DNA from: a virus
Lineage: Duplodnaviria; Caudoviricetes
Virus record (IMG/VR): IMGVR_UViG_3300049024_000030
Location: 1 to 59,508 of that record
Length of the DNA: 59,508 nt
Strand: one strand, 5' to 3'
A model generated the notes under the pieces. That model ran no database searches. It was not told where the DNA came from and saw only the letters and a program-made list of their open reading frames with translations. Position 1 is the first letter of the stretch; the number at the start of each line of letters is the position of its first letter. This document shows, one piece after another, positions 1 to 9,257 of this stretch. Both the position numbers and the translations under genes were made by a program.

Positions 1-127
1 TGCGCGCGGAAGGGGGAAGAAAGGGGAATATGAGCGAAGAGATAAAAGCACCAACTCTAGATTTAACGCTACTGGACCAGGCCGAACGATTACAAACCGG
101 AGCGAATGTCCATCGTATTGGAGAGGC
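1..127. repeat. 127-bp terminal direct repeat (copy at 59382-59508); circular assembly overlap
   Basis: Bases 1-127 are identical to 59382-59508. The length matches a common assembler k-mer, and the repeat cuts through an ORF. Confidence 0.92.
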
Positions 128-269
128 CATCGGTCTATATCGTAGCGAGCATATGCTAGCGAATTGGAAAGGTTGGACCGATATCAAGAGGGCGCGCTTC
201 GAGCGGTACGAGCGGCAATTGCGAGAACTTGTTCTCAAGATAGTTCAGGAAAAGGCGAGCGCGAAATAA
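30..269 (+). CDS. hypothetical protein
   Basis: Purine-rich RBS (AAGGGGAA) before ATG; co-oriented with the accessory arm across the circular junction. Confidence 0.7.
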   Translation: MSEEIKAPTLDLTLLDQAERLQTGANVHRIGEAIGLYRSEHMLANWKGWTDIKRARFERYERQLRELVLKIVQEKASAK

Positions 270-288
270 CCGGAATTATAACAACCAT

Positions 289-1134
289 ATGGACACTGAA
301 AACATTGGACTTGGCGACCTGGATTTCTGGCTGGCCGAATGGCTGAAACCGACCGGACGGCGAAGGAGCGAGCATACCGCAACCGCCTATCGGTTCGACG
401 TGAAGGCGTTTTTGAAGCGCGCGGGCAAGCCGTTCAATCAGATCGAAGTGCCTGACCTGCTCGACTATCAATCATTCCTGGCCGACGAGTACGGCGCCGA
501 GAAGACGCGGGCGCGCAAGATGGCGAGCGTGTGTAGCTTCTATCGGTTTCTGAACAATCGCGAAGTGACGGAGATAAATTTGGCTAGAATCGAAAGGGCG
601 AAGATTGATAGATCTATCAATCACGACCTACTACTGACGCCTGAGCAGGTTCGCGCGATCATTGCGGCAACTGCTGCCAATCCCCTTCACCACGCCTTGC
701 TGAAGTTTTTGTATTTAACCGGCGCGCGTATCAGTGAAGTTCTGAATCTGCGATGGCGCGATCTCCAGCCATTTTCCGACGGCGGCGAGGCGCATATATT
801 GGGTAAGGGTAATAAGAGGCGGACAGTGTTCTTACGCGCCGATCTGTGGGCGGATTTGATGGCGCTGCGTGGCGCCGCTGGCGATCTGGATCATCCCTTC
901 CCTTTTACGTCACAGAACGCCTGGAAGACCGTGAATAAGGCTGGCATTGCCGCTGGCATTGACGGCGTTCACCCGCACCAGTTCCGCCACGCCTTTGTAT
1001 CGCATACGCTGGCCGCTGGCGAGCCGCTGGCCGACGTGAGCGAGGTTGTTGGACACGCCAATATCGCGACGACTGGACTCTACGCTCACCCGACGAAGGG
1101 GCGGAATCTGGCATCTAGATTAACGGCTGTATAA
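289..1134 (+). CDS. XerC/D-like tyrosine recombinase
   Basis: SAM-like N-domain (TATAYRFDV...RKMASVCSFYRFL) and the full catalytic set: TGARISE (R), GKGNK (K), HPHQFRH, GH, TTGLY (Y). Confidence 0.92.
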   Translation: MDTENIGLGDLDFWLAEWLKPTGRRRSEHTATAYRFDVKAFLKRAGKPFNQIEVPDLLDYQSFLADEYGAEKTRARKMASVCSFYRFLNNREVTEINLARIERAKIDRSINHDLLLTPEQVRAIIAATAANPLHHALLKFLYLTGARISEVLNLRWRDLQPFSDGGEAHILGKGNKRRTVFLRADLWADLMALRGAAGDLDHPFPFTSQNAWKTVNKAGIAAGIDGVHPHQFRHAFVSHTLAAGEPLADVSEVVGHANIATTGLYAHPTKGRNLASRLTAV

Positions 1135-1168
1135 AGCCTGGCTTATAGGCGGTAGAGAAAGGAAAAGT

Positions 1169-1435
1169 ATGGAAATTACAGCAGAACAACGAAGCTATTT
1201 AACTCATATGCTCGGCGCGGAATCCCATATCAGAAAATCCAACTGGGGCTATCGCAATTACTATTGCGCCGAGGTTGGCGGCAAGGATGAGCGCAACCTG
1301 GCGGAAATGGCCACGCTGGGACTCGTTCGCCGCGGCCACACGATCAATGAAGGCACGGACGTTTATTTCTTCGCAACCGAGCAGGGCATGGATGCGATCG
1401 GCTTGACGGCTAAGCAAAAGGCGAACGCCGCCTGA
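1169..1435 (+). CDS. hypothetical phage protein, possible winged-helix
   Basis: RBS AAGGA; LAEMATLGLV...YFFATEQG resembles a winged-helix wing. Confidence 0.7.
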   Translation: MEITAEQRSYLTHMLGAESHIRKSNWGYRNYYCAEVGGKDERNLAEMATLGLVRRGHTINEGTDVYFFATEQGMDAIGLTAKQKANAA

Positions 1436-1436
1436 C

Positions 1437-1990
1437 CTTCCCCGCCCCGGCGCGGAGAAACGAGAAAGGAAAAGAGATAATGAGCGAAATCAATAACACC
1501 TACAGCAGCAACAGCAACGCGCCGAGAAGGTTCTACATGGAAAGAATCAAGGATGAAACAGGCGTGAGTCGGACAGGTAGAGTTTTAGAAGGCGTCCTGT
1601 GGCAGAACGGCGAGGTCACAGTCCAATGGCGACCACCGCATTCAACCTTCGGCTTTTATCATTCACTGAAAGAGTTTGAAACCATCCACGTTGACTGTCA
1701 CCCGTCCTGCAATGTCATCCACTGGCTTGAACGCTCAGACGGCTGGCACTGCTTTGACTGCGGCGCTCACGGATGGATGCAAAATTTCTGCGGTCAATGC
1801 GGCTCGCCATCCACAGGTTTTCACCCGGCATTTGAAAGCTGGAAAGATCGGACGCCAGAGCAATCTGAGCGTTACGAGGTCGAGCGGGAGATTGAGCAAT
1901 TGAATCGCAGGAAGGCTGAGTTGATGGAGCGGCTGACGAAGATGAAGCCGGAATAACCGCTTCCCCGCCCCGGCGCGGGAAACGAGAAAG
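1437..1990 (+). repeat. 31/32-bp direct repeat CTTCCCCGCCCCGGCGCGG(A)GAAACGAGAAAG at 1437-1468 and 1960-1990, flanking gene 1480-1956
   Basis: The two copies differ by one inserted A. Each sits just after a stop codon and can form a GC hairpin. Confidence 0.85.
1480..1956 (+). CDS. hypothetical protein with Zn-ribbon and C-terminal coiled coil
   Basis: CFDC...CGQC motif; good RBS. Confidence 0.75.
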   Translation: MSEINNTYSSNSNAPRRFYMERIKDETGVSRTGRVLEGVLWQNGEVTVQWRPPHSTFGFYHSLKEFETIHVDCHPSCNVIHWLERSDGWHCFDCGAHGWMQNFCGQCGSPSTGFHPAFESWKDRTPEQSERYEVEREIEQLNRRKAELMERLTKMKPE

Positions 1991-2046
1991 TCCGCCACGA
2001 CGATTAACCAGTGGACAATCGTACGCCAGCCAGCGATACTCAGCGT

Positions 2047-2325
2047 ATGAATCTCTACACCTACTCACAAGCAGCGGAATTACTCAATCTGGCCGGTCGC
2101 TCGGCGGTGGCGCGACGTATTCTTTCACTCACCAGGCGCGGCGTCCCCCTAACAATCGAGGCTGGCGAATTGCAGCAAGTCGGAGCCAGAAAGCTGATCA
2201 CCGATGCGGGTATGGCTCGACTGCGCGAGTTTTTACCTGGAAAATCTGGCAGACCTGTAAAAGAAATTTTGCAAACTGCTGATTTTAAAGAAAATAAACC
2301 TGTTGACAATTGTTCACAGATATAG
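2047..2325 (+). CDS. small HTH (Xis/MerR-like) DNA-binding protein
   Basis: LYTYSQAAELLNL helix pattern and a C-terminal GRP (AT-hook-like) motif; the ATG at 2047 was chosen over GTG 2011. Confidence 0.65.
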   Translation: MNLYTYSQAAELLNLAGRSAVARRILSLTRRGVPLTIEAGELQQVGARKLITDAGMARLREFLPGKSGRPVKEILQTADFKENKPVDNCSQI

Positions 2326-2330
2326 ATAAT
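2303..2330 (+). promoter_or_regulatory. sigma70-type promoter
   Basis: TTGACA-N16-GATAAT with an A-rich UP element, upstream of the small-gene cluster 2410-4168. Confidence 0.7.
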
Positions 2331-2409
2331 TACATCATCGAGAGCGGCAATCACGCCGCAGCGAGCCGGACGCGATTCCGGCGCGAAGAACGAACGTCAA
2401 AGGAGAAAC

Positions 2410-2616
2410 ATGAAACTCACACCTAAAGAAGAATTCAACCTTCAGGCTGAAACAGTAGCTCAAGGGTTTGAGGCCGAATATCCCGGCGAGAAACTGGACC
2501 CCGAATACACTGAGACGGGATATTCGGATTTGCCGAGAGAAGCGCGTGAGGCCGGGTCGTGGACAGAGTTTCACGCCAAGGTGGCGAAGAAACTCGAAGC
2601 GATGCGCGGCGAGTAG
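2410..2616 (+). CDS. hypothetical protein
   Basis: Strong RBS AAGGAG; acidic 68-aa ORF. Confidence 0.75.
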   Translation: MKLTPKEEFNLQAETVAQGFEAEYPGEKLDPEYTETGYSDLPREAREAGSWTEFHAKVAKKLEAMRGE

Positions 2617-2709
2617 TGGTTTCACCAAATTTCCTTTGATGCCGTAAGGCGATGGCTGCCGGTGGGGGCCACCGGCGCGGGCGAACAGAAAAAAAACAGG
2701 AGACAAGAA

Positions 2710-2934
2710 ATGAAATCGAAATGGAACACCAACCGCAAGGACGGCGATACGGTCAAAATCAACGATGGCACGCTCACGTATTACGCCAATTTCGACCGCG
2801 AGATTTACGACTTGAGCGAAATTGCAGACGACTTTGCCGATAGCTACGACCACAACGGCGAGGTTGGCGAGGTAAATTGCATCGCCGAAGACCTGAGCAG
2901 CGGCGAGACCCGCAAATTTACTTGCGCGGAATAG
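2710..2934 (+). CDS. hypothetical acidic protein
   Basis: RBS AGGAG before ATG 2710 (MKSKWNT). Confidence 0.7.
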   Translation: MKSKWNTNRKDGDTVKINDGTLTYYANFDREIYDLSEIADDFADSYDHNGEVGEVNCIAEDLSSGETRKFTCAE

Positions 2935-2987
2935 CGCAATCAACCAACGCGGCGGCTCCGGTCGCCGCTCACCACAATGGAGGGAAT

Positions 2988-3416
2988 ATGGCCGAAATAA
3001 AAGTCTCACGACGGGCGCCGTTCCGCGTTCGAGGGACTTTGCCGACTTTGACCAAGTGGTCTTTATTCGGCTTTGATAATCGCGAGGAAGCCCTACAGTT
3101 AATCGGAGCAATGGCGCGTGAGGGCTGGACCGTCGATTCGCGTGGAGTCAACAGCCCGATCACGGAAGACTGGCACAGAGAATATACTGCCGAAGAGCCC
3201 GCCTCCCGCCGCTGGGAGGCTTTTTCGATCGTGACCCAAATCAAAACCACACTCTCACAAACCGACCTGATCGCGCTCTATATCGCCGCCGGGGAACGGT
3301 TGTTGGCTGCGGGTATGGAGCGTTCTAAAATCGACGCTTACCTTCAATCGCTCACGACGGCGGATCTGTTGCGCGTCGCGGCGGGGTTGAGGGTTGTGGA
3401 GCTGGAGAGGGTATGA
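2988..3416 (+). CDS. hypothetical protein, N-terminal domain paralogous to 47847-48074
   Basis: RBS GGAGGG; MAEIKVSRRAPFRVRGTLPTLTKWS aligns with MAEVKISHTAPFRVRATLPTLTKWS. Confidence 0.8.
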   Translation: MAEIKVSRRAPFRVRGTLPTLTKWSLFGFDNREEALQLIGAMAREGWTVDSRGVNSPITEDWHREYTAEEPASRRWEAFSIVTQIKTTLSQTDLIALYIAAGERLLAAGMERSKIDAYLQSLTTADLLRVAAGLRVVELERV

Positions 3417-3925
3417 GCGAAGAGAAGCCGAACAATCCCGCCGACGTGGCCGACGCGCTTGTCAGAAAAATAGCAGCAGGCTCTGGCCTTGAATTAGCCG
3501 AGGACTACGAGGAGCGCATCAAGGAAATGCGCGATTGGATGATGGCAGAGTTCGAGGTGGGCACGGAGGCCGATAAGCTGATAAAACAAGCGCCGGGCCT
3601 GACAGAATACGACGCGCGCCTGCTCGCCCGCGCAATGGGCAGCAACATCGAAAGCCGCGAGATAGCCGACGGCGTATATCAACACGTCGCAAAGGAGACG
3701 CCTATGAGATGGACAAGCGAATTCCCGACGAAGCCGGGGCTTTATTGGGCGAGAAACGAATTGATCAAAATAGATCAAGAGCACGGATATCAACCCGATC
3801 CCGAAGCGGGCATCGTGCGAGTATATGAAGACTCTTCATTTTGCTATCCGGGTAGCGAGGTACCGACTTATCTCGACGATCTTGTTTCAGCCGAATGGTT
3901 CGGCCCGATCGAGCCGCCGGAATAA
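3413..3925 (+). CDS. hypothetical phage protein
   Basis: ATGA overlap with the previous gene; WTSEFPTKPGLYW...WFGPIEPP small phage domain pattern. Confidence 0.75.
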   Translation: MSEEKPNNPADVADALVRKIAAGSGLELAEDYEERIKEMRDWMMAEFEVGTEADKLIKQAPGLTEYDARLLARAMGSNIESREIADGVYQHVAKETPMRWTSEFPTKPGLYWARNELIKIDQEHGYQPDPEAGIVRVYEDSSFCYPGSEVPTYLDDLVSAEWFGPIEPPE

Positions 3926-3940
3926 GAGAAGGAGACAAGA

Positions 3941-4168
3941 ATGCAGCGGAGATACATTACCGTATATTACAAAGACAACGCCCTTTTCCTTTTCCCCGAG
4001 ATTGCCGAGCAATTCAACCTATATAACGGCGCTCGTCTGCGTAATCAGGATCAGTTTTATGCCGTGCTAGGAGCCAATGCGGAATGCGGAATTGCACAGT
4101 GCGAGCTTCAGCTCGCGATGGATAAAGATTTTGATTCTCAGCCTGTACCTGACTCCTTGCCCGAATAA
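3941..4168 (+). CDS. hypothetical protein
   Basis: RBS AAGGAG. Confidence 0.7.
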   Translation: MQRRYITVYYKDNALFLFPEIAEQFNLYNGARLRNQDQFYAVLGANAECGIAQCELQLAMDKDFDSQPVPDSLPE

Positions 4169-4171
4169 ACG

Positions 4172-4215
4172 AAAAGGCCGATCAGCGCTACCGTCGCCGG
4201 TCGGCCCATTCCCCT
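4172..4215. terminator. hairpin between convergent accessory and tail operons
   Basis: GGCCGATC...GGTCGGCC stem preceded by AAAA (a U-tract on the minus strand). Confidence 0.5.
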
Positions 4216-4298
4216 TTCGACGACCGTTTCCAGTCCCCGTTCCGCGACGCTAAAGTCTCAGCCAGAGTAGAAGCGCCGCGAGTTGAAGCAATTATATC

Positions 4299-4574
4299 TC
4301 ACTTCCCTATTATCTCCGTCCCCTTCGCGTGATTCCCTGCCGGCGGATCGCGACGAATCACAGTCTCTTTCTGATTCAACCCTCCCGTTCGCGTCTGCGT
4401 CATTACCTCGCCTTCGCAGGTAATAAACACGGCGTCGCCTACTATCTCGATAATCCAACCGTCGAAAACCAGGCGCGCGGCCTTACCCGGCGCGGAACAT
4501 GGCGTGACGATTTGCCGGGTTGACGGAATCTCTCTTGGCGCGACCGCGTAAATATGCCCGCCTTCGTCCATCAA
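4299..4574 (-). CDS. small tail-tip associated protein
   Basis: Last gene of the tail operon; overlaps the stop of 4571-6616. Confidence 0.55.
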   Translation of the reverse strand: MMDEGGHIYAVAPREIPSTRQIVTPCSAPGKAARLVFDGWIIEIVGDAVFITCEGEVMTQTRTGGLNQKETVIRRDPPAGNHAKGTEIIGK

Positions 4575-6616
4575 TCAACCCTCGCTTCCTTGAAGCGAAA
4601 CGACAGATCGTAGGCGCATTGGCCGCTGCCCTCGTGGTGAATTACCGAATCAAACCTTCCCGCCTTTCTGACGCCGCGGTTGGAGTCCACGAGAATAAAC
4701 ACCTTGCCGAATCCGTGCGCGTCGAAGAAGGCGTCAACGGTGTCGCATTCGGTTAATGTCCGCGCGGCGAAGCGAACCTCATAGGAATCGTACGGCGGCG
4801 CTTTTTCGCGAGTAACGAAACTTGTTCTGTCTTCGGATTCGCTTATCAGCGCGTTAAGATTTCTATCCCAGCTAATCGGCAGAATTGGGTTAGTGAGCGG
4901 GAATAGCTCGGCGATCAATATATCCCGCGTCGCTGTGAAAGTTCCGTTCGTCGCCTGAATCCGCACCTTCGCGCCGGGAGTATTCGGAAAGGTTATAATC
5001 CCCGTACTACCATTGATTCCGCTCGGGACTGATGTCCATGTTGGGCTTGTGATATTCGTATTGAAATCCACCTGCTCCAATGGCCCCGCGTACAAGATCG
5101 CGGGCGTGATCACTGCCGGAACATTGATCGTCGCGTCCATCGCCTGATTCCCCGTCGAGGACGCGCGGACGACCGTTGTCCCCGGCGCGCTCGGCGCTGT
5201 GAATTCATTCCCTGAAAACGATCCGCCACCGCTGACTACAGACCATGTGACCAGTCCCGGCGTCTGAGCGTCGTCGTAGTTGGCTTGGAATCGCGCCTTC
5301 GCGCTCGGCTGAATTGTCTGCGTGAGATCGCTTAGGATTTTCAGGGCTGGAATATTTATGATCGCTTCGGCCAGTTGAAGCCGGCCCGGATACTTGCCTA
5401 TAAAATCAAAACTGCATACGCCGTCAAAAATCCTCAGAGCCATTCCATTCAGCGTGCGGCCTTCGAGGTCTACTAGATTGGCTGGAATCTCCAGCAATAC
5501 CCATTGATTCGTCGCTGGTAAATTTCCAATCCGCCACCTGCTCGGCGTGCCGTCCGTGCCGTAAACGATCGAGTTCGCGCCCCAGTAAGCCCCGTGCGCG
5601 TTGCCGGTGGCATCCGTCGCGGTGAAGCCTAAAAGGATTTCAGTCGGCGGATTCGTCGCGTCAAGGAACACGCGGCATATGAGCACGTCGTCTTTATCGA
5701 TCTGCAGTGTGTCGGAGGCGCCAGAAATGACATAACCGTGGTCCCCCGCCGCAAGTGGAGATTTTAGCCGGGCCGAGCCGGAAAATGGCGTAGGGCTGCC
5801 AGTGCCCCAAACCCATGACCCGCCGCTTGTGCTTACGCTCGACCCCGCCGGCTTATCGTCTTCGATCCAGATATATACGCCAGGCTGAATCGTTGCTTTC
5901 AGACTGTATCTGCCTGGCACGGTTCCGCCGCTGTAGATTTTTTCGAGCGGAGTAGCTCCCGCGCCAAGCGACCCATGCTCAACGCTGAAAGCTACGACGT
6001 TGAACCCTAAGAAATCGGTCCCCAGCAGCCTCCAATCGCCCGATATCCTTGGCGGGGCAACGGTCGCGGGCGGGGATTGCACAAAGGGATCGGAGCCCGA
6101 GGCGCGAACGGCGTAGGAGCCTGGATAGAGAATTGCGGAAGCGAACGTCAGGCGTTCATGGCGTAAGACATCATCAATATAGGCCCGGAAATTTCCGTTC
6201 ATCTCGATGCGGATTTTCATCCCTGAGACCGGCGTAATCGGGAGGGTGGCTAGAGTCGAGCCTGCTTCGTCAACAATCAGAATACTGGTCAGTTGAAGCC
6301 GGACAATATACTGCCAGAACGTCCCCGCGGTGGCCTTCTGCATTATGCCTATGAAATCTATATTCGCGCCTGAAATTGGCAGGGATTGAGGCGTAAGCGT
6401 CCATTCCATCGAGCCTGCTCCCTGCGCCAGCCTGAAGGCGCCGCTGGCCTGTATCGTCCCGCCCGATTGATTGCCTGGAGTCCTAACTGAGCCGTCTGGC
6501 AGAATCAGCCCCGCGTTCATCCTCCAGTATAGCGGCGGATGCGAGGCACGCGCGGTGAATAGCTGCACGTCGCTGGGATAAAGGTCGATGATTGGTGGGA
6601 AAATATCGAATCCCAT
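4571..6616 (-). CDS. tail tip / receptor-binding protein with beta-sandwich and Ig-like domains and a C-terminal Dit(gpM)-like domain
   Basis: Beta-rich; VTWSVVSGGGS Ig-like motif; C-terminal EVRF...VDAFFDAHGFGKVF resembles distal tail proteins; position after the hub gene. Confidence 0.7.
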   Translation of the reverse strand: MGFDIFPPIIDLYPSDVQLFTARASHPPLYWRMNAGLILPDGSVRTPGNQSGGTIQASGAFRLAQGAGSMEWTLTPQSLPISGANIDFIGIMQKATAGTFWQYIVRLQLTSILIVDEAGSTLATLPITPVSGMKIRIEMNGNFRAYIDDVLRHERLTFASAILYPGSYAVRASGSDPFVQSPPATVAPPRISGDWRLLGTDFLGFNVVAFSVEHGSLGAGATPLEKIYSGGTVPGRYSLKATIQPGVYIWIEDDKPAGSSVSTSGGSWVWGTGSPTPFSGSARLKSPLAAGDHGYVISGASDTLQIDKDDVLICRVFLDATNPPTEILLGFTATDATGNAHGAYWGANSIVYGTDGTPSRWRIGNLPATNQWVLLEIPANLVDLEGRTLNGMALRIFDGVCSFDFIGKYPGRLQLAEAIINIPALKILSDLTQTIQPSAKARFQANYDDAQTPGLVTWSVVSGGGSFSGNEFTAPSAPGTTVVRASSTGNQAMDATINVPAVITPAILYAGPLEQVDFNTNITSPTWTSVPSGINGSTGIITFPNTPGAKVRIQATNGTFTATRDILIAELFPLTNPILPISWDRNLNALISESEDRTSFVTREKAPPYDSYEVRFAARTLTECDTVDAFFDAHGFGKVFILVDSNRGVRKAGRFDSVIHHEGSGQCAYDLSFRFKEARVD

Positions 6617-8622
6617 TACAGTGTCAGCGCCTCCTGTCGCGGCTTGTGCGCGGAATCGGAATACAACTCACCGGATATCGCTTGCAGCGTAAATTCGCAC
6701 TCGTCGGCTGAGTCTTCGCCGGGCCTAACGTGCGCTTCTCGCACCAGACACAATTGATACGTCCAGCCGAGCACCGGATGAGAGACCGTCACGAAATCCC
6801 ACGGCAGGACGTGAAGCGAGTCGGCCATACCGACGAGAGCCACTTTCGTTGGGTTATCGTCTTCCAGCCTCGCAATATATTCAGTCAATCGGCACGCCTG
6901 CGATTGCGTCATTCCGCCTAAAGCGTGCTCGCTGCGCACTTCCCCGACGCGGGAAATAGAATCCTCTCTTAACAGCGCCTGCGCTGTGTCGTCTCGCGGC
7001 TCGATTGAGGTAGGCTCGTGGAATTCGCCTTCAACGTCGCGGAAGTATCCGATTATTCGGTTCGGGCGTGCGTCAAGGCTTTCTGTTGAACGCTGCGGTT
7101 CGCCGCCCTTAGCGATATTGCCGGGGTGGAAATGTTGGACGGGGACTGGTGGCCATTTCGGCGGAACGAAGATTATCTGCTCTCCATCGTCCTGCCAGCC
7201 GGTCGCGGAGTTTCCGCACAGTTCGTCAAAAGCCTGCGCGAGCGTGGTTTTCCCGGCAAGGCCGCCATGGTATTCAAATCTCGGCACAAACACGTTCACG
7301 CCGTCGCCTTCGCGATCCCAGGGAATCTGGCCGTCGTTGTTATTGGCCCAATCAACGACGCTTGGCCAATAGAAGCGGCGCCGAAAACGATCCTGCGCAA
7401 TATCAAGGCGGCTTCTGAAACGTCTCTGGAAAAAGAACAGCGCCCTGTCCATTGCTTCCCATGCGGGATTGGCTGAGTAGCCGTATTGGTCTATTAGCTC
7501 TGAACCCGTCGCGTCGTATTTTGGCAGTCTTCTACATTCGGCCAACACCTTCACGGCGTCGGGTCGCGCAGCCTGCGTGGCGAGGTTTGAGACGATATCA
7601 TTTCTTAGATTGACCGTGACGCCCGCCGAGCCGTTATAGGCCAAGCCGGAAGGCCATGCGCCGGCGAAGTCTTTGTTTTGCACATGGTCTGTCGCGTTGT
7701 GCGCGATTGTGCCGGGCCGGAATTTATAGCCAGAATTGCCACTCGTCGTATTCTGCGCCACGAGGACCGGCCCCCAGGTCGCGGCGCCACCAAAGAGCGT
7801 GAAGGCCATGCCGTTAATCGTTGTCCCCACCAACCCGACTTGACTCGCGTCGACATCTAATCTCACCCATTGGCCGGTTGAGGGAATGGACGCGCTGATC
7901 TGCCGGCGGCTGTTCGTGCCGTTCGTCCCGAGGGCAATACTATTCGCGCCCCAGTAGGCCCGATGTTCGAAGTCTGCATCAATCGCAAATTGCAGCATTA
8001 TCTCTGTCGGCGTGTTTATAGGATCGATATAGATCCAGCAGCAAATAAAATCGCCTGACGCGATTGGAAGACCTTGGGTTGCAAAGGAGAAAAAGTGCTG
8101 ATGTTGTCCAGTCCTATTAGGCGATTGGTGAGAATATTTGCCGAGGAACGGGATAGGGTCTTTCGTTACCCAGTTCCAGCCGTCCGTATCAGGATTCGCA
8201 AAAGCGCCCGCCGGCAATCGGTCGCGAAAATATTCAGTGAGAGTGAAACGGTTTATCAATTCCTGCCCCGCGTACCAGACCTTTACCGCGCGCTCCCATT
8301 CACCGCGCTGGCCCAATCCGCCCCAGCCCTCGCCTAATAAGCCCGTGAATGTGTGCTCCGGGGTGATGGGATCATATTTATTTGACACCAGCTTTAAGCT
8401 GAATAAATTCCTGCCGAAATAAATCCCCAGCGGCACGCCTTCGGCCACTTCAAACTTGGCGGCGCGGTCGAGTTGTTCCAATGTAAACCCGTTCGCCACC
8501 GACAATGCGGCGTCTGTCGGAGAGATTATCTTCTTCGGCAATGCCCCAATAGGATCGAGGTTGATCTGAAGATTGCCCCCGCCAGAAAAACCGTCATCAA
8601 GCTGTATGTCGTCAAGTCTCAT
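6616..8622 (-). CDS. tail hub / central tail (gpJ-like) protein with an inserted beta-sandwich domain
   Basis: YSANPAWEAMD and LHVLPWDFVTVSHPVLGW motifs typical of gpJ/putative phage tail proteins. Confidence 0.8.
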   Translation of the reverse strand: MRLDDIQLDDGFSGGGNLQINLDPIGALPKKIISPTDAALSVANGFTLEQLDRAAKFEVAEGVPLGIYFGRNLFSLKLVSNKYDPITPEHTFTGLLGEGWGGLGQRGEWERAVKVWYAGQELINRFTLTEYFRDRLPAGAFANPDTDGWNWVTKDPIPFLGKYSHQSPNRTGQHQHFFSFATQGLPIASGDFICCWIYIDPINTPTEIMLQFAIDADFEHRAYWGANSIALGTNGTNSRRQISASIPSTGQWVRLDVDASQVGLVGTTINGMAFTLFGGAATWGPVLVAQNTTSGNSGYKFRPGTIAHNATDHVQNKDFAGAWPSGLAYNGSAGVTVNLRNDIVSNLATQAARPDAVKVLAECRRLPKYDATGSELIDQYGYSANPAWEAMDRALFFFQRRFRSRLDIAQDRFRRRFYWPSVVDWANNNDGQIPWDREGDGVNVFVPRFEYHGGLAGKTTLAQAFDELCGNSATGWQDDGEQIIFVPPKWPPVPVQHFHPGNIAKGGEPQRSTESLDARPNRIIGYFRDVEGEFHEPTSIEPRDDTAQALLREDSISRVGEVRSEHALGGMTQSQACRLTEYIARLEDDNPTKVALVGMADSLHVLPWDFVTVSHPVLGWTYQLCLVREAHVRPGEDSADECEFTLQAISGELYSDSAHKPRQEALTL

Positions 8623-9257
8623 TCCGGTATCGCCACCCTCACGTCACCCGGCAAAAACGGCGCGCCCATATGTCGAATGAAATGATCGTTCGTCGGATGG
8701 CGCAGTTCACAATCGGCCAATCTTCGCGGACACGTCGGCAGATCGGACGTAGATCCACATTCAAAACCTTTATATTCCGGCGCCTGACAGAGTCCGCGAA
8801 TGAAGCGCGACGGCCCTACTGAAACGGGCGCGTAAACGTCGGAGACGACCTTGAGTTGGGCCGTCAACTGGTTATCGCTCGGCGCCTTGACGAAACCCGT
8901 CAAGAAGACTTTATATCCCTGCCATCCGTCGTCGGGGTCCGTCCAGTAGCGGCCCACTTTGGCTTCCGCGCCGTAGAGATATCTTTCGAGTCCCGCAAAC
9001 TCATTGCCGAGAATCGTATCAACGTTTTGCATCTCGACTATCGCACCGTCCGCCTCGCCGGTGATCGTGGAAGTGATCGCGGGCGTCTTGCGTAATTGAG
9101 GTTGCCACGTCACGCCGTTGAAGGTTAAAGAAGCGGTGGCGAAATAATAAGAGCGTACTTCGGAGCCGATAAGGATAACCAACTCCAGCGTCCCGTAAGA
9201 CCTGAGCCGCCCCTTGCGCGCTCTTTCTGTATACCCCGCTGGCATTATTCGAGCCAT
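8619..9257 (-). CDS. minor tail protein (gpL-like, C-terminal Cys cluster)
   Basis: Follows the tape measure gene; C..YKGFECG..CPRRLADC four-Cys motif as in lambda gpL. Confidence 0.75.
   Translation of the reverse strand: MARIMPAGYTERARKGRLRSYGTLELVILIGSEVRSYYFATASLTFNGVTWQPQLRKTPAITSTITGEADGAIVEMQNVDTILGNEFAGLERYLYGAEAKVGRYWTDPDDGWQGYKVFLTGFVKAPSDNQLTAQLKVVSDVYAPVSVGPSRFIRGLCQAPEYKGFECGSTSDLPTCPRRLADCELRHPTNDHFIRHMGAPFLPGDVRVAIPE

Noticed and set aside
289-1990. Integron
   Set aside because: The recombinase lacks the IntI-specific insertion and is co-oriented with the genes, and the repeats lack the RYYYAAC/GTTRRRY attC ends.
4571-8622. Diversity-generating retroelement acting on tail genes
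   Set aside because: No reverse transcriptase is present, and the duplicated domain is diverged throughout rather than only at adenines.
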